The notes below the pieces were generated by a model, which worked only from the letters and a program-made list of their open reading frames with translations, ran no database searches and was not told the origin of the DNA. A DNA stretch of 64,000 nucleotides from a bacterium (GTDB lineage Bacteria; Planctomycetota; UBA1135; UBA2386). Positions 53,203 through 62,272 of the stretch are shown here, one piece after another (position 1 is the stretch's first letter; every line of letters begins with the position of its first letter). The DNA lies in NCBI GenBank assembly GCA_024743115.1, contig JANSXC010000001.1:117628-181627 (forward strand). Reading direction: 5' to 3'. The translations under genes and the position numbers were made by a program.

Positions 53203-53946
53203 CTATCGCCCGGCGAGAAAACCGAACCGCTGGAACACGAACTCCGGCAGGGCGCGGACGACGGTCATGACGAGGGCCCAGTGGCCCGGCAGATAGACCG
53301 TGTGCCAGCGCCGTTCCATCGCCTTGACGATGCCGCGCGCGACGCGCCGCTTCTCGCCCCATAGAAAGTTCTGTGGGTGACCTTCCGACATCGGCGTTGG
53401 CACGGGGCCGAGCTTGATGTTGTGCACCCGTGCGCCGCTGCGATAGAGCCGGCTTCGCAGGCCCTGCAGGTAACGGGTGAGTGCGCCCTTGGCGGCGCCA
53501 TAGGTGTAGTTACGCGGGCGGCCGCGTTCGCCTGCGACCGAGGTGATCGCCGCGAGGTGGCCCTTGCCTTGCGCCTCGAAGTGATCGGCGAGTGGCATGA
53601 GCAGCGCAACCGCGCTGCGGAAGTTGGTGTCGAGAATCCGGCAGGTGTAGGCGAAGTCGCTTTCGCTGCGGTCCTGGTCACCGAGGTAGCCGTGGGCGAT
53701 GAGTGCGCGATCGAGGCCGCCGAGGGCTGCGATCGCCTGCCGAACGATCGCGGGAGCGCGGTCGAAGTCGTCGAGATCTGCCGTCTCGTGGCCGACCACG
53801 GCATCGCCGAGTTCGGTCAGCAGCGCCTGCAGCTTCACCGGATTCCGCGCGACGAGGTAGAGCCGATCGCCGCGGCTCGCGCACAGCTTCGCGACCTCGG
53901 CGGCGACCGCCGAGGTGGCGCCGATGACGAGCGTGCGCCGCGTCAT
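53203..53946 (-). CDS. Short-chain dehydrogenase/reductase (SDR) family oxidoreductase
   Basis: Track ORF 53203-54273, started at the ATG at 53946 (MTRRTLVIGATSAVAAEVAKL, Rossmann start). The catalytic YxxxK motif is in NYTYGAAKGAL. The start overlaps the stop of the upstream ORF (ATGA). Confidence 0.8.
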   Translation of the reverse strand: MTRRTLVIGATSAVAAEVAKLCASRGDRLYLVARNPVKLQALLTELGDAVVGHETADLDDFDRAPAIVRQAIAALGGLDRALIAHGYLGDQDRSESDFAYTCRILDTNFRSAVALLMPLADHFEAQGKGHLAAITSVAGERGRPRNYTYGAAKGALTRYLQGLRSRLYRSGARVHNIKLGPVPTPMSEGHPQNFLWGEKRRVARGIVKAMERRWHTVYLPGHWALVMTVVRALPEFVFQRFGFLAGR

Positions 53947-54494
53947 CGGGCTCCGCGCGCGGACACGTCGCGGCGTTCGACCTCGACGAGGCGACCGCGT
54001 TTGACGACGAGGCTCGTCACGCGTTCCACCGAGTGCTGACCCTGGCGCTGCTTGGCCCGCACGACGTCGAGTGCCATGCCCTCGACGATCGGCAGCAGCG
54101 CGATCGCTCGAAACCCCTCCTCCTTGCCCGGCATCGATCGCTTGTCCTCGCGAATCAGGTCCGGGCTCTCCCAGATCCAGGTGTCGTCGACCGAGACGAA
54201 CTGGCAGCGGTGGCTCGCGCGGTTCTTGCCGACGAGGCCGCCGGGGCAGATCACGAACGGCGCTTCGATCCACGGCAGGACTCCGAGTCCGTCGCGCGTG
54301 AATCCGGCCTCGAACGCTGCCGCGATCACCGCGTCCTGATCGCCCGCCGCTCGCGCGCGACGGGAGGTCTCGTCACGGATCGCGGCGCCGAGTTCGTAGA
54401 GCGTGTCATCCGGCAGCTTCTCTGCCAGTTCACGTGCCGTGTCGGGATCGTCGCGCAGGTGTCGAACGATCGTGCCATAGCGCCGGGTCGCCAT
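53943..54494 (-). CDS. Hypothetical protein (183 aa)
   Basis: ATG start. Composition is balanced (W, F, D, E, K present). It is translationally coupled to the SDR gene. No family recognised. Confidence 0.55.
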   Translation of the reverse strand: MATRRYGTIVRHLRDDPDTARELAEKLPDDTLYELGAAIRDETSRRARAAGDQDAVIAAAFEAGFTRDGLGVLPWIEAPFVICPGGLVGKNRASHRCQFVSVDDTWIWESPDLIREDKRSMPGKEEGFRAIALLPIVEGMALDVVRAKQRQGQHSVERVTSLVVKRGRLVEVERRDVSARGAR

Positions 54495-54643
54495 GCGAGC
54501 AGCATGGTGATGGTCGACGGCGCGAACAAGACCTGTTCGTGGAAGTCAACGTCGGCGCGCTCGCGTTCCCCACCACAAAAAACACCTTGCCGCAAAGTGC
54601 TTGCAGTGTCGTTACAGCGCGAACACGCGCGCTAGTCATTGGC

Positions 54644-56353
54644 ATGATCAACGAGCCGAAGAAGATCTCTCCGACGCAATGTCGCGTCGCAATCGGTGCG
54701 GCGCGCGTTGCTCACCTCGCCGATTCTCCGCGGGCCATCGCGTTGCTCGCTGCCACGTCGTTTGCTCTCGTTTCGTTGGGAGCGCAGTCGCCCGTTGGGT
54801 TCGAGCCGCGGTCGATCGATGGTTCCGGCAACAACCTGCTGCACCCGGAGTGGGGGCAGGCGCTGACCGAACTGCTGCGGCGGGCGCCCCACGACTACGC
54901 TGACGGTGTCGGCGCGCCGGCCGGTGCTCACCGGCCGAGCGCGCGAGCCGTGAGCAACGCGATCGCAGCGCAGGTCGAGAGTGTGCCCAACGTCCGCGGT
55001 GCCACCGACTACCTGTGGCAGTGGGGGCAGTTCCTCGATCACGACCTGTCGCTGACCGAGGTCGCGCATCCACTGGAGGCCATGCCGATCGCGGTGCCGA
55101 CCGGTGATCCATGGTTCGATCCCTTCGCGACGGGGAATGCGACCATCGACCTGGAGCGCTCGCACTACGCGTTCGACGCGCGCGGGATCCGGCAGCAGAC
55201 GAACGATATCACCGCGTTCATCGATGCTTCGCAGGTCTACGGTTCGACCGCGGAGCGCGCGGCCGAGCTGCGCGGCGCGGGTGGACGGCTGCGGACGAGC
55301 GCGGGTGGGCTGCTGCCGTTCAACACCAACGGTTTCCCGAATGCTCCGGCAGCGTCGCTGACGACGTTCTTTCTCGCCGGCGACGTCCGGGCCAACGAAC
55401 AGCTCGGGCTCACGGCCCTGCATACGCTGTTCGTGCGGGAACACAACGCGATCGTGGCTGCCTTGGCACCGCTCGGCCTCACGGCCGACGCGAACTACGA
55501 GATCGCGCGATTGCTCGTCGGTGCCGAGATGCAGGCGATTACCTACAACGAGTTCCTGCCGGTGTTGCTCGGGCGAGGGGCCTTGCGGTCATATCGCGGC
55601 TATCGTTCGGATGTCGATCCACGGATCGCGAACGAGTTCTCCACCGTGGCTTTCCGGGTCGGTCACACGATGTTGTCCTCGACGCTTCTGCGCCTCGGAG
55701 CGGACGGCCAGCCGATCAGTGACGGCAACCTGGCGCTCCGCGACATGTTCTTCGCGCCGCACGAGATCGTTCAGCACGGGATCGAGCCGACGCTGCGCGG
55801 GCTCGCGGGGCAGCTGGCGCAGGAGATCGATCCGCTGATCATCGATGACGTGCGCAACTTCCTGTTCGGCCCGCCCGGCGCGGGTGGTTTCGATCTCGCC
55901 GCGCTCAACGTGCAGCGCGGCCGTGATCACGGGATCCCGAGCTATCGCCGGTTGCGGGTCGCCTATGGGTTGCCATCGGTGCGCGACTGGCGCGACGTGA
56001 CGCGGGACCAACAGCGCCGCGCCGCTCTTGCATCGGTCTATGACTCGGTCGCGGACATCGATGCCTGGGTCGGCGGACTCAGTGAGGATCACGTCGATGG
56101 CGCGATGGTCGGCCCCTTGTTCCATCGCGTGCTCGTCGATCAGTTCGAACGACTGCGGGATGGCGACCGCTTCTGGTATCAGCAGCAGCTGCCGTCGACC
56201 GTCGTGGATTGGATCGAACAGCAGACCCTCGCGACGATCATTCGCCGCAACACGTCGATCGGCAGCGAGCTGCCGGACAACGTGTTCGTGGCCAAGCTCC
56301 GCGAGCCGCGCGGCCGTGGGGCCGGGCGTGAGTCGCGGCGTCGCGGGCGCTGA
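54644..56353 (+). CDS. Animal-type haem peroxidase (peroxidase-cyclooxygenase superfamily), secreted
   Basis: Track ORF 54434-56353, started at the ATG at 54644. Motifs: RSIDGSGNN, WGQFLDHD (distal His), FLAGDVRANEQ, LHTLFVREHN, AFRVGHTML (proximal His), NVQRGRDHGIPSY, DAWVGGLSE. N-terminal hydrophobic segment: AIALLAATSFALVSLGAQ. Confidence 0.85.
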   Translation: MINEPKKISPTQCRVAIGAARVAHLADSPRAIALLAATSFALVSLGAQSPVGFEPRSIDGSGNNLLHPEWGQALTELLRRAPHDYADGVGAPAGAHRPSARAVSNAIAAQVESVPNVRGATDYLWQWGQFLDHDLSLTEVAHPLEAMPIAVPTGDPWFDPFATGNATIDLERSHYAFDARGIRQQTNDITAFIDASQVYGSTAERAAELRGAGGRLRTSAGGLLPFNTNGFPNAPAASLTTFFLAGDVRANEQLGLTALHTLFVREHNAIVAALAPLGLTADANYEIARLLVGAEMQAITYNEFLPVLLGRGALRSYRGYRSDVDPRIANEFSTVAFRVGHTMLSSTLLRLGADGQPISDGNLALRDMFFAPHEIVQHGIEPTLRGLAGQLAQEIDPLIIDDVRNFLFGPPGAGGFDLAALNVQRGRDHGIPSYRRLRVAYGLPSVRDWRDVTRDQQRRAALASVYDSVADIDAWVGGLSEDHVDGAMVGPLFHRVLVDQFERLRDGDRFWYQQQLPSTVVDWIEQQTLATIIRRNTSIGSELPDNVFVAKLREPRGRGAGRESRRRGR

Positions 56354-56479
56354 TCGCTGTTGCCGAGGCCCGGCTCGGCGCGGCGCTTGCATTCGATCCC
56401 GGGCGGCGCGAACCTGTCCGACGCGTGGAGAGGACGCCGCTACCCGGCGGCGCCGAGAGTGCGTCACAGGAGCAAACGA

Positions 56480-57838
56480 ATGAGCAAGTGGGTGTTGATG
56501 GCCGTGTTCCTCGCTGGGTGTTGCACCAGTATTCCGGTGACCGACACGCAGTATCGGCACGGCGTGGCGATCCAATGGGACGGTGAGCCCTACTGCGGTC
56601 TCGAGCCGGCGCCGAACGCGAAGGTCGCGACGGCCGAGCTGCAGGACCTCGATCGGCAACTCGATGCGATGATTGCGGCGGTGCCCGAGCAGGCGCGGGT
56701 CGTGGTCTTCATTCACGGTGGCCTCAACACGCTGTCCGGGGCGCTGAAGCGCACCGAGAAGGGCGCCGCCGCGTGTGAGAAGTGGAACGCAGGGCGGCCA
56801 GCGAAGAAGCGGGTGTTTCCGATCTTCATCAACTGGCACTCGTCGCTCGTGACGTGGTACGACCGACTGTTTCGGGTACGGGAGGGGCTCGGCAAGGCGT
56901 TCTGGTCCTGGTTGACGTCGCCGATCGTGCTCGTCGCGGATTTCGGCCGGGCTCTGACGCGCCTGCCCGTGACGACGTTCCTCGAGACCCGCTGCAGCGT
57001 TTCGAACCTATTCGGTTTGCGCGCGGTGACGCCGCCGCCCGCGGGCTGGCAGTCGCCGCGCGTCGCGATCGACGAGGACTACGATGTCAGTCTGGGGGAT
57101 CGCGCGGTTTCCGGCGTAACCCAGCTCGTCCCCGGGCTGGTGCGGCCCCTGACGATGTTCGTGACCGACGCCGCGCTCTACGACAGCTACCGGATGATGC
57201 TGCGGCGCATGGAGATGCTCTTCCACACCGAGAAGGACTTCCAACGGGCCCGAGGTGGCACCCGGGTACCGGAACCGAACGGTGTGTTGTCGAAGCTGTG
57301 CCGTCGCCTGCGCGACGTGCGGGCGCAAGGCCATGAGATCGTTCTGGTGGGGCACAGCCTCGGTTGCGTCGCGGTCAACGAGATCGTGCGTCGTAATCCG
57401 GACCTCGAGTTCGCGGCCATCGTCTACATGGCAGCGGGCTGTACCGGCAAGGACTTCGAGGAGACCGTGCCGCCGTATCTCGCGCGCCATTGCGACACGA
57501 ACTTCTACAGCCTGTGCCTGCATCCGTTCGCCGATGCCGACGAGGACAACACGTACTCGTTCCTGCCGCGCGGCAGTCTGCTCGAGTGGCTCGACACCTA
57601 TGCGCTGAACGTCCAGACGCCGCTCGATCTGACGTTCGGCAAGTGGAACAACGCAATGCGGGTCCTGCCGTTGTTCGATGGACTGCCCGTGTGCGTTCGG
57701 CGGCGCATCCACATCAAGGGCTTCCCGCGCCGGGCCGGCCACCCGAGCAAGCACGGCGACTTCAACGATCACCACTTCTGGGATCCGCGCTTCTGGAACC
57801 CGGAATGCCGGGCGGTCATCCCGCGCTTCGACGGCTGA
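56480..57838 (+). CDS. Lipoprotein with alpha/beta-hydrolase-like (lipase/esterase, DUF900-like) core
   Basis: Track ORF 56360-57838. The ATG at 56480 is preceded by CAGGAG. Lipobox: MSKWVLMAVFLAGC. Motifs: RVVVFIHGGLNT and nucleophile elbow LVGHSLGC. Confidence 0.65.
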   Translation: MSKWVLMAVFLAGCCTSIPVTDTQYRHGVAIQWDGEPYCGLEPAPNAKVATAELQDLDRQLDAMIAAVPEQARVVVFIHGGLNTLSGALKRTEKGAAACEKWNAGRPAKKRVFPIFINWHSSLVTWYDRLFRVREGLGKAFWSWLTSPIVLVADFGRALTRLPVTTFLETRCSVSNLFGLRAVTPPPAGWQSPRVAIDEDYDVSLGDRAVSGVTQLVPGLVRPLTMFVTDAALYDSYRMMLRRMEMLFHTEKDFQRARGGTRVPEPNGVLSKLCRRLRDVRAQGHEIVLVGHSLGCVAVNEIVRRNPDLEFAAIVYMAAGCTGKDFEETVPPYLARHCDTNFYSLCLHPFADADEDNTYSFLPRGSLLEWLDTYALNVQTPLDLTFGKWNNAMRVLPLFDGLPVCVRRRIHIKGFPRRAGHPSKHGDFNDHHFWDPRFWNPECRAVIPRFDG

Positions 57839-57948
57839 TCGAGGGGCGTTCGCCTGCCATGCCGGAAGCGTTCCGTAGGCACTCCGGATGCATTGCGGCG
57901 CGGTGGGGGCCATGGTCGAGTGCCGGCTCAACCACACTCGACAACCCG

Positions 57949-58536
57949 ATGCACCACCGCAACCTCAGCTGTGGCCTACTGGCCAGCTCGTTCGTTTTCG
58001 CCACCGCCTGCCAGGGTTTGCAGGTCGACAATGCCTGGGCCCTGCGGTCCAGCAAGCTCGAAACCAGCGTTGATGGCGATGGCGCCGTGACGGAGATCGA
58101 GTACCACATCGCCCCCAACCTCGTGCCCACGGCCGTGCGAGGGGCGATGTCGGAGCTCTACCCCGATGTGACGTTCGAGCGCGCGGAGTACGAAGTGCGG
58201 AGTGGGGAGACGCTCTACGAACTCGTCACCGCGGTCGAAGGCCGCAGCGTCAACGCGATGTTCCACGAGGATGGTCGGCTGCACACGCTCGAGGTCGAGA
58301 TCGATCCCGAGTCAGAGCCCGCGATCACTCGCACCGTTATGCGGGCCTGGCCAGGATGCACGATCGAGGCCGTGGAGCAGGTGCGGGACGGTGAGCAGCT
58401 CATCGTCGGCTATCACGTCGACATTACTTCCCGTGAGCGCGCGATCAAGGTCACCGTCGACCGCTCCGGACAGGTGACCGCCGCGGTGCGAGAGATCGCT
58501 GCCGAGGTCGAGGTGCCAATCGACCTCCCGCAGTAG
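57949..58536 (+). CDS. Probable lipoprotein with two PepSY-like repeats
   Basis: Track ORF 57490-58536, started at the ATG at 57949 (MHHRNLSCGLLASSFVFATAC). There are two similar halves: LVPTAVRGAMSELYPDVTFERAEYEVRSGETLYEL and PAITRTVMRAWPGCTIEAVEQVRDGEQLIVGYHV. The assignment is by eye only. Confidence 0.55.
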   Translation: MHHRNLSCGLLASSFVFATACQGLQVDNAWALRSSKLETSVDGDGAVTEIEYHIAPNLVPTAVRGAMSELYPDVTFERAEYEVRSGETLYELVTAVEGRSVNAMFHEDGRLHTLEVEIDPESEPAITRTVMRAWPGCTIEAVEQVRDGEQLIVGYHVDITSRERAIKVTVDRSGQVTAAVREIAAEVEVPIDLPQ

Positions 58537-58718
58537 AGCGCCGGCCGTCGACCGGATTCCCGCGGGATTTCCGCAACCGCAGCGCGGCACCACGACACGA
58601 ACGGAGCGGGCGCGGACTCGGGTCGAACGATCAAGAGTCGAGTGACGCGCCGAATGCCGTGACCCGGCGGATTCTGCCGTTCACGGCGAGTTCTCGCTCC
58701 CCTGCATGAGGTGCGCCA

Positions 58719-61700
58719 ATGCTGCGTGTTCGGTCGTATTCGGCGGTGTCGATCGCCGGTTTCGTCGGTGTCCTGTGGAGCGCGAGCAACGCGCTGCCGG
58801 CTCAGGGCAAGTTCGTCAACTACGAGGACCCCCAGGTCAAGCCGATCGCGGTCGCTGCGGTCGGAGCCTACGACTATGTCCTGGCGTGCAATACGCCGGA
58901 CAACTCGGTCGAGATCTACCTGGCGGAATGGAGCCTCGCGGCGCCTGTCGCGCGGGTTCGGGTCGGGTTGTCGCCGGTCACGGTCAAGTGGGACGCGTCG
59001 ACGGGCCACTTCTATACGTGCAATTTCCTCGGCGACTCGGTCTCGCGGGTGCGGCTCGATCTCGTGCCCGCGACCCAGACCACGGCGGAGACCGTCCGTG
59101 CCGTGCTCGAACGTACGGAGCGCGTCGGCGACGAGCCGACCGACATCGCGTTCGATCCGAACGCGACGACGGCGGTCGTGACGCTGCACTCGTCGGGCAA
59201 GGTCCGACGAATCGAGAAGAGCGATTTGTCGGCCGTCACCGGGCCACTGCTGCTCGGGACCCTGGCACCCGTAACGGTGGCGCCGCCCTTCGCGCCGGGC
59301 CCAGCGAACCCGAAGATCCCGTTCTGGTTCGTCAAACAGGCCCGCAGGATCGAGATTCTGCGGGACGATCGGCAGTACGTGATCAACACGATGGGGGGGG
59401 AGCTCAGCAGCATCTACGACCTCGGCGTTTTCGGCATCGTGCCGACACCAGGCGGCGGCACTGCGTTCCATGCCGTTTCGGGGGTTGGCAGCACCAATCT
59501 CGGGTGCGCTGTCAATGCTCAGCAGGACCGGATGTTCGTGGCTTCGCAGATCGCGATCAACGTCGGCGAGTTCGGCGGCGCGGAGGTCGCTGACGAACCG
59601 ACGGGATTCGTGCAGACTTGGCTCAAGGTTCTCGACCTGCCGAGCGACGGCACGGCTCCGGTGCTCGCGGTTCCGCAACTCGACGGCCCGGCGCCGAAGC
59701 CGTTGTTCCGCAGCATCGATCTCAATCGGAACTACGACGGCGGCAGTCAGGTTCTCTTGCCGGAACCGGAGCGGCTGGCGCAGGTCACCGACGTCGTGCT
59801 CGTCCCGGATCCGACGCCCGGCAATCCGGAGCGTATCGTGCTGGCGGCGTTTGGCTCCGAACGGGTTGCGATTCTCACGCCCGACGCAAACGATCCGAGC
59901 GGCTACTCGCGATCGATCGTGAACCTCGGTCTGATCGGCAATCCGGGCGACGAGTACTCCGCGGTCGGTCCGCGCGGCCTCGCGTACTCGGGTAGATCGA
60001 GCCAACCCGCGAGCGGGACCACGGGCCTCGTATTCGTGATGAACCGTCTCGACAACTCGCTCGCGGTCGTCAACCCGTACAACGGGATGCACACGCGGCG
60101 GGCGCTCGCATTCGATCCGACGCCACACGTCATCCGCAAGGGCCGCACGTTCCTCTACACGGCGCGCACCACTTCGGAGCACGGCACGGTCTCGTGCGCC
60201 AGCTGTCACGTCGACGCCCGAACGGACGGCCTGCGCTGGCGACTCGGCGAGGACGTGGTTGGGCCGACGATCGCTCACCGGCTCATCGACGGCATCGACG
60301 GTACGCAGTTGCCGCAGGTCGGCGGCATCCCGGCGTTCCCGGCCGACAAACCAGAGACCGTGACGCAGACGCTGCAGGGCCTGGTCACGTCACACCTGGA
60401 ACCCGACGCGATGCAGTTCCTTGCGACGGCCGCGCCGTACCACTGGCGCGGCGACAAGCCGGCGTTCCAGGACTTCAACGAGGCGTTCGTCAACCTGCAG
60501 GGCATGGCGGATGATCCCGAGCCCGGGGTCAACGGTCTGACGACCGCGCAGATGAACGACTACACCTCGTTCATCAACACGATCCACTTCCCCCCGAACC
60601 CCGAGCAGCCGCTCGACCGGAGTTATCACGGCGACGAGGGGTTGGCCCAGGATCCGTTCGATGGGTCGGGCGCACTGTTGGGACGCAAGCTGTTCCACAC
60701 GGTGCCGTTCATCGACGGCCGCAGTTGCGTCAACTGCCACTCGTTGCCCGAAGGTAGCAGCAACACGCTGACGATCTTCTCGGAGGTGACCCAAGCGCAG
60801 AGCAGCACGGGGAGCACCGCGACGCAGGATCATCCGTTCGAGTCGGCGGCTCTGCGCAATCTGGCACCGCGCGAGATGGTGGTACCGGACGGCTACCTGG
60901 AATCTGGTCTGACGCCGTTCTGGCCGATCAACGGCCCGTCGGGCCTGCACCATGGTGGGGCCGGCTCGGTCCCGCAAACGAACTCGTGGAGCATCAACGA
61001 CAACATGCACGTCACGTTCGAGGTGCTGGGGGCGGTCGTGCTCGGCAGCTTCACTGCTGCGCAGGTCGAAGGCCTGACCGAGTTCGTCCGTCAGTTCGAT
61101 ACCGGCACCGCGCCGGCGATCGGCTATGCGTGGACCATGACGGCGGGCGACCCGATGCCCGATGGCAGATTCGACGTCGTGCTGCCGCAGGCGGCCGAGG
61201 CGAACGTCGGGGTCGCTGTCTACCTGCGGAAGAACGGCCTCGAACGCGGGCTGTGGTACGATCCGACCCATCAGGGTGGGCGCTTCCGCGAGATGGACGG
61301 CAGTGGTTCTTACACCGCAGCGGATCTCGTGAACGAACTCGCCGAACCCGATGACGTGCTCATCGTGCAGGCGACGCCGACGGGCACTGAACGGCGGGTT
61401 GCGGACCTTACCGGCCTCGATCCGGCGCTGACCGGGAACGCACCGAGCAACCTCGAGCTGCTCGAGATGGTGCCGAGCACGGCGTACGTGGGCATCACCA
61501 ACTTCATCGATTCGATCGACCCTGCTGGTTTGAACCCGCAGCCGAAGAGCATGGTTGCAGAGCGCACGCTGGCAAATGCCGTCGCGACCGCGCCAGTGCC
61601 GAACACCTTCGGGGTGCCCGTTCAGCCGCGACACGAGCCGCCGCGGCGCTTCCGGATCGCTGGCCTCGGGATCCGACCGGGTGCCAAGCTCGCGATCGAG

Positions 61701-61994
61701 GCGGCGGCTTCACCCGGGGCTCTCGTATGGTTCGATCTGGCGCCGACCGATCGCATCCACAGCGGCAAGCCGGTGTGGGAGACCGCGGAGGAACTCGACG
61801 CGCTCCAGACGATGGCCTTCCTCTGCGGAGGACACGCCGCTCCGGGCGTGCTCGCGACCTTGCTCGGCGACGCTACGGCTGCGAGTCAGCTGGATCCCGA
61901 TACGTACAACTCGTTCCGGATCGAAGTCCTGAACGAGGATGGCACGAGCGGGACGAGTGGCTTCGGGAAGCTCGAGATCACGCACGTGCGCTGA
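58719..61994 (+). CDS. Secreted beta-propeller (YVTN/lactonase-like) protein fused to a di-haem cytochrome c peroxidase (CCP/MauG-like) region
   Basis: 1091-aa ORF with an ATG start. Signal peptide: MLRVRSYSAVSIAGFVGVLWSASNALPAQ. N-terminal propeller-like repeats: NTPDNSVEIY, NFLGDSVSRV, LHSSGKVRRI, NRLDNSLAVV. Two haem-c motifs are present: SCASCHVDARTDGLRW (nt ~60195) and SCVNCHSLPEG (nt ~60726). Confidence 0.75.
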   Translation: MLRVRSYSAVSIAGFVGVLWSASNALPAQGKFVNYEDPQVKPIAVAAVGAYDYVLACNTPDNSVEIYLAEWSLAAPVARVRVGLSPVTVKWDASTGHFYTCNFLGDSVSRVRLDLVPATQTTAETVRAVLERTERVGDEPTDIAFDPNATTAVVTLHSSGKVRRIEKSDLSAVTGPLLLGTLAPVTVAPPFAPGPANPKIPFWFVKQARRIEILRDDRQYVINTMGGELSSIYDLGVFGIVPTPGGGTAFHAVSGVGSTNLGCAVNAQQDRMFVASQIAINVGEFGGAEVADEPTGFVQTWLKVLDLPSDGTAPVLAVPQLDGPAPKPLFRSIDLNRNYDGGSQVLLPEPERLAQVTDVVLVPDPTPGNPERIVLAAFGSERVAILTPDANDPSGYSRSIVNLGLIGNPGDEYSAVGPRGLAYSGRSSQPASGTTGLVFVMNRLDNSLAVVNPYNGMHTRRALAFDPTPHVIRKGRTFLYTARTTSEHGTVSCASCHVDARTDGLRWRLGEDVVGPTIAHRLIDGIDGTQLPQVGGIPAFPADKPETVTQTLQGLVTSHLEPDAMQFLATAAPYHWRGDKPAFQDFNEAFVNLQGMADDPEPGVNGLTTAQMNDYTSFINTIHFPPNPEQPLDRSYHGDEGLAQDPFDGSGALLGRKLFHTVPFIDGRSCVNCHSLPEGSSNTLTIFSEVTQAQSSTGSTATQDHPFESAALRNLAPREMVVPDGYLESGLTPFWPINGPSGLHHGGAGSVPQTNSWSINDNMHVTFEVLGAVVLGSFTAAQVEGLTEFVRQFDTGTAPAIGYAWTMTAGDPMPDGRFDVVLPQAAEANVGVAVYLRKNGLERGLWYDPTHQGGRFREMDGSGSYTAADLVNELAEPDDVLIVQATPTGTERRVADLTGLDPALTGNAPSNLELLEMVPSTAYVGITNFIDSIDPAGLNPQPKSMVAERTLANAVATAPVPNTFGVPVQPRHEPPRRFRIAGLGIRPGAKLAIEAAASPGALVWFDLAPTDRIHSGKPVWETAEELDALQTMAFLCGGHAAPGVLATLLGDATAASQLDPDTYNSFRIEVLNEDGTSGTSGFGKLEITHVR

Positions 61995-62272
61995 GACCGC
62001 GCCGGCTCGAGAACGGTTGATTCTCGGGCCGACGCCGGCCGGTTGGTGGGCGACGTTCCGCGCGACTCTACGGCAGAATGCGTTCGTGGAGCTCTGGCGT
62101 GAACCCCGGTCGGCCGAGTTCGCGAAGCCGGGTTCGTGCGTGAACCGGACGCTCAGCTGACCGCCGGGTTTCATGGTCGCGGGAACCTCGTGAACTGCGG
62201 CGTCGGGTCCGGGTATCCTGAACTGTCCCGCCGGCCTGTCCCTGGAGCGCGGGATTCGGATCAGGAGTCCGC

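Noticed and set aside
61710-62174. 154-aa minus-strand ORF starting in the 61994-62273 intergenic region
   Set aside because: Most of it is antisense to the 3' end of the propeller/CCP gene. Its composition is Arg-rich and no motif is recognisable.
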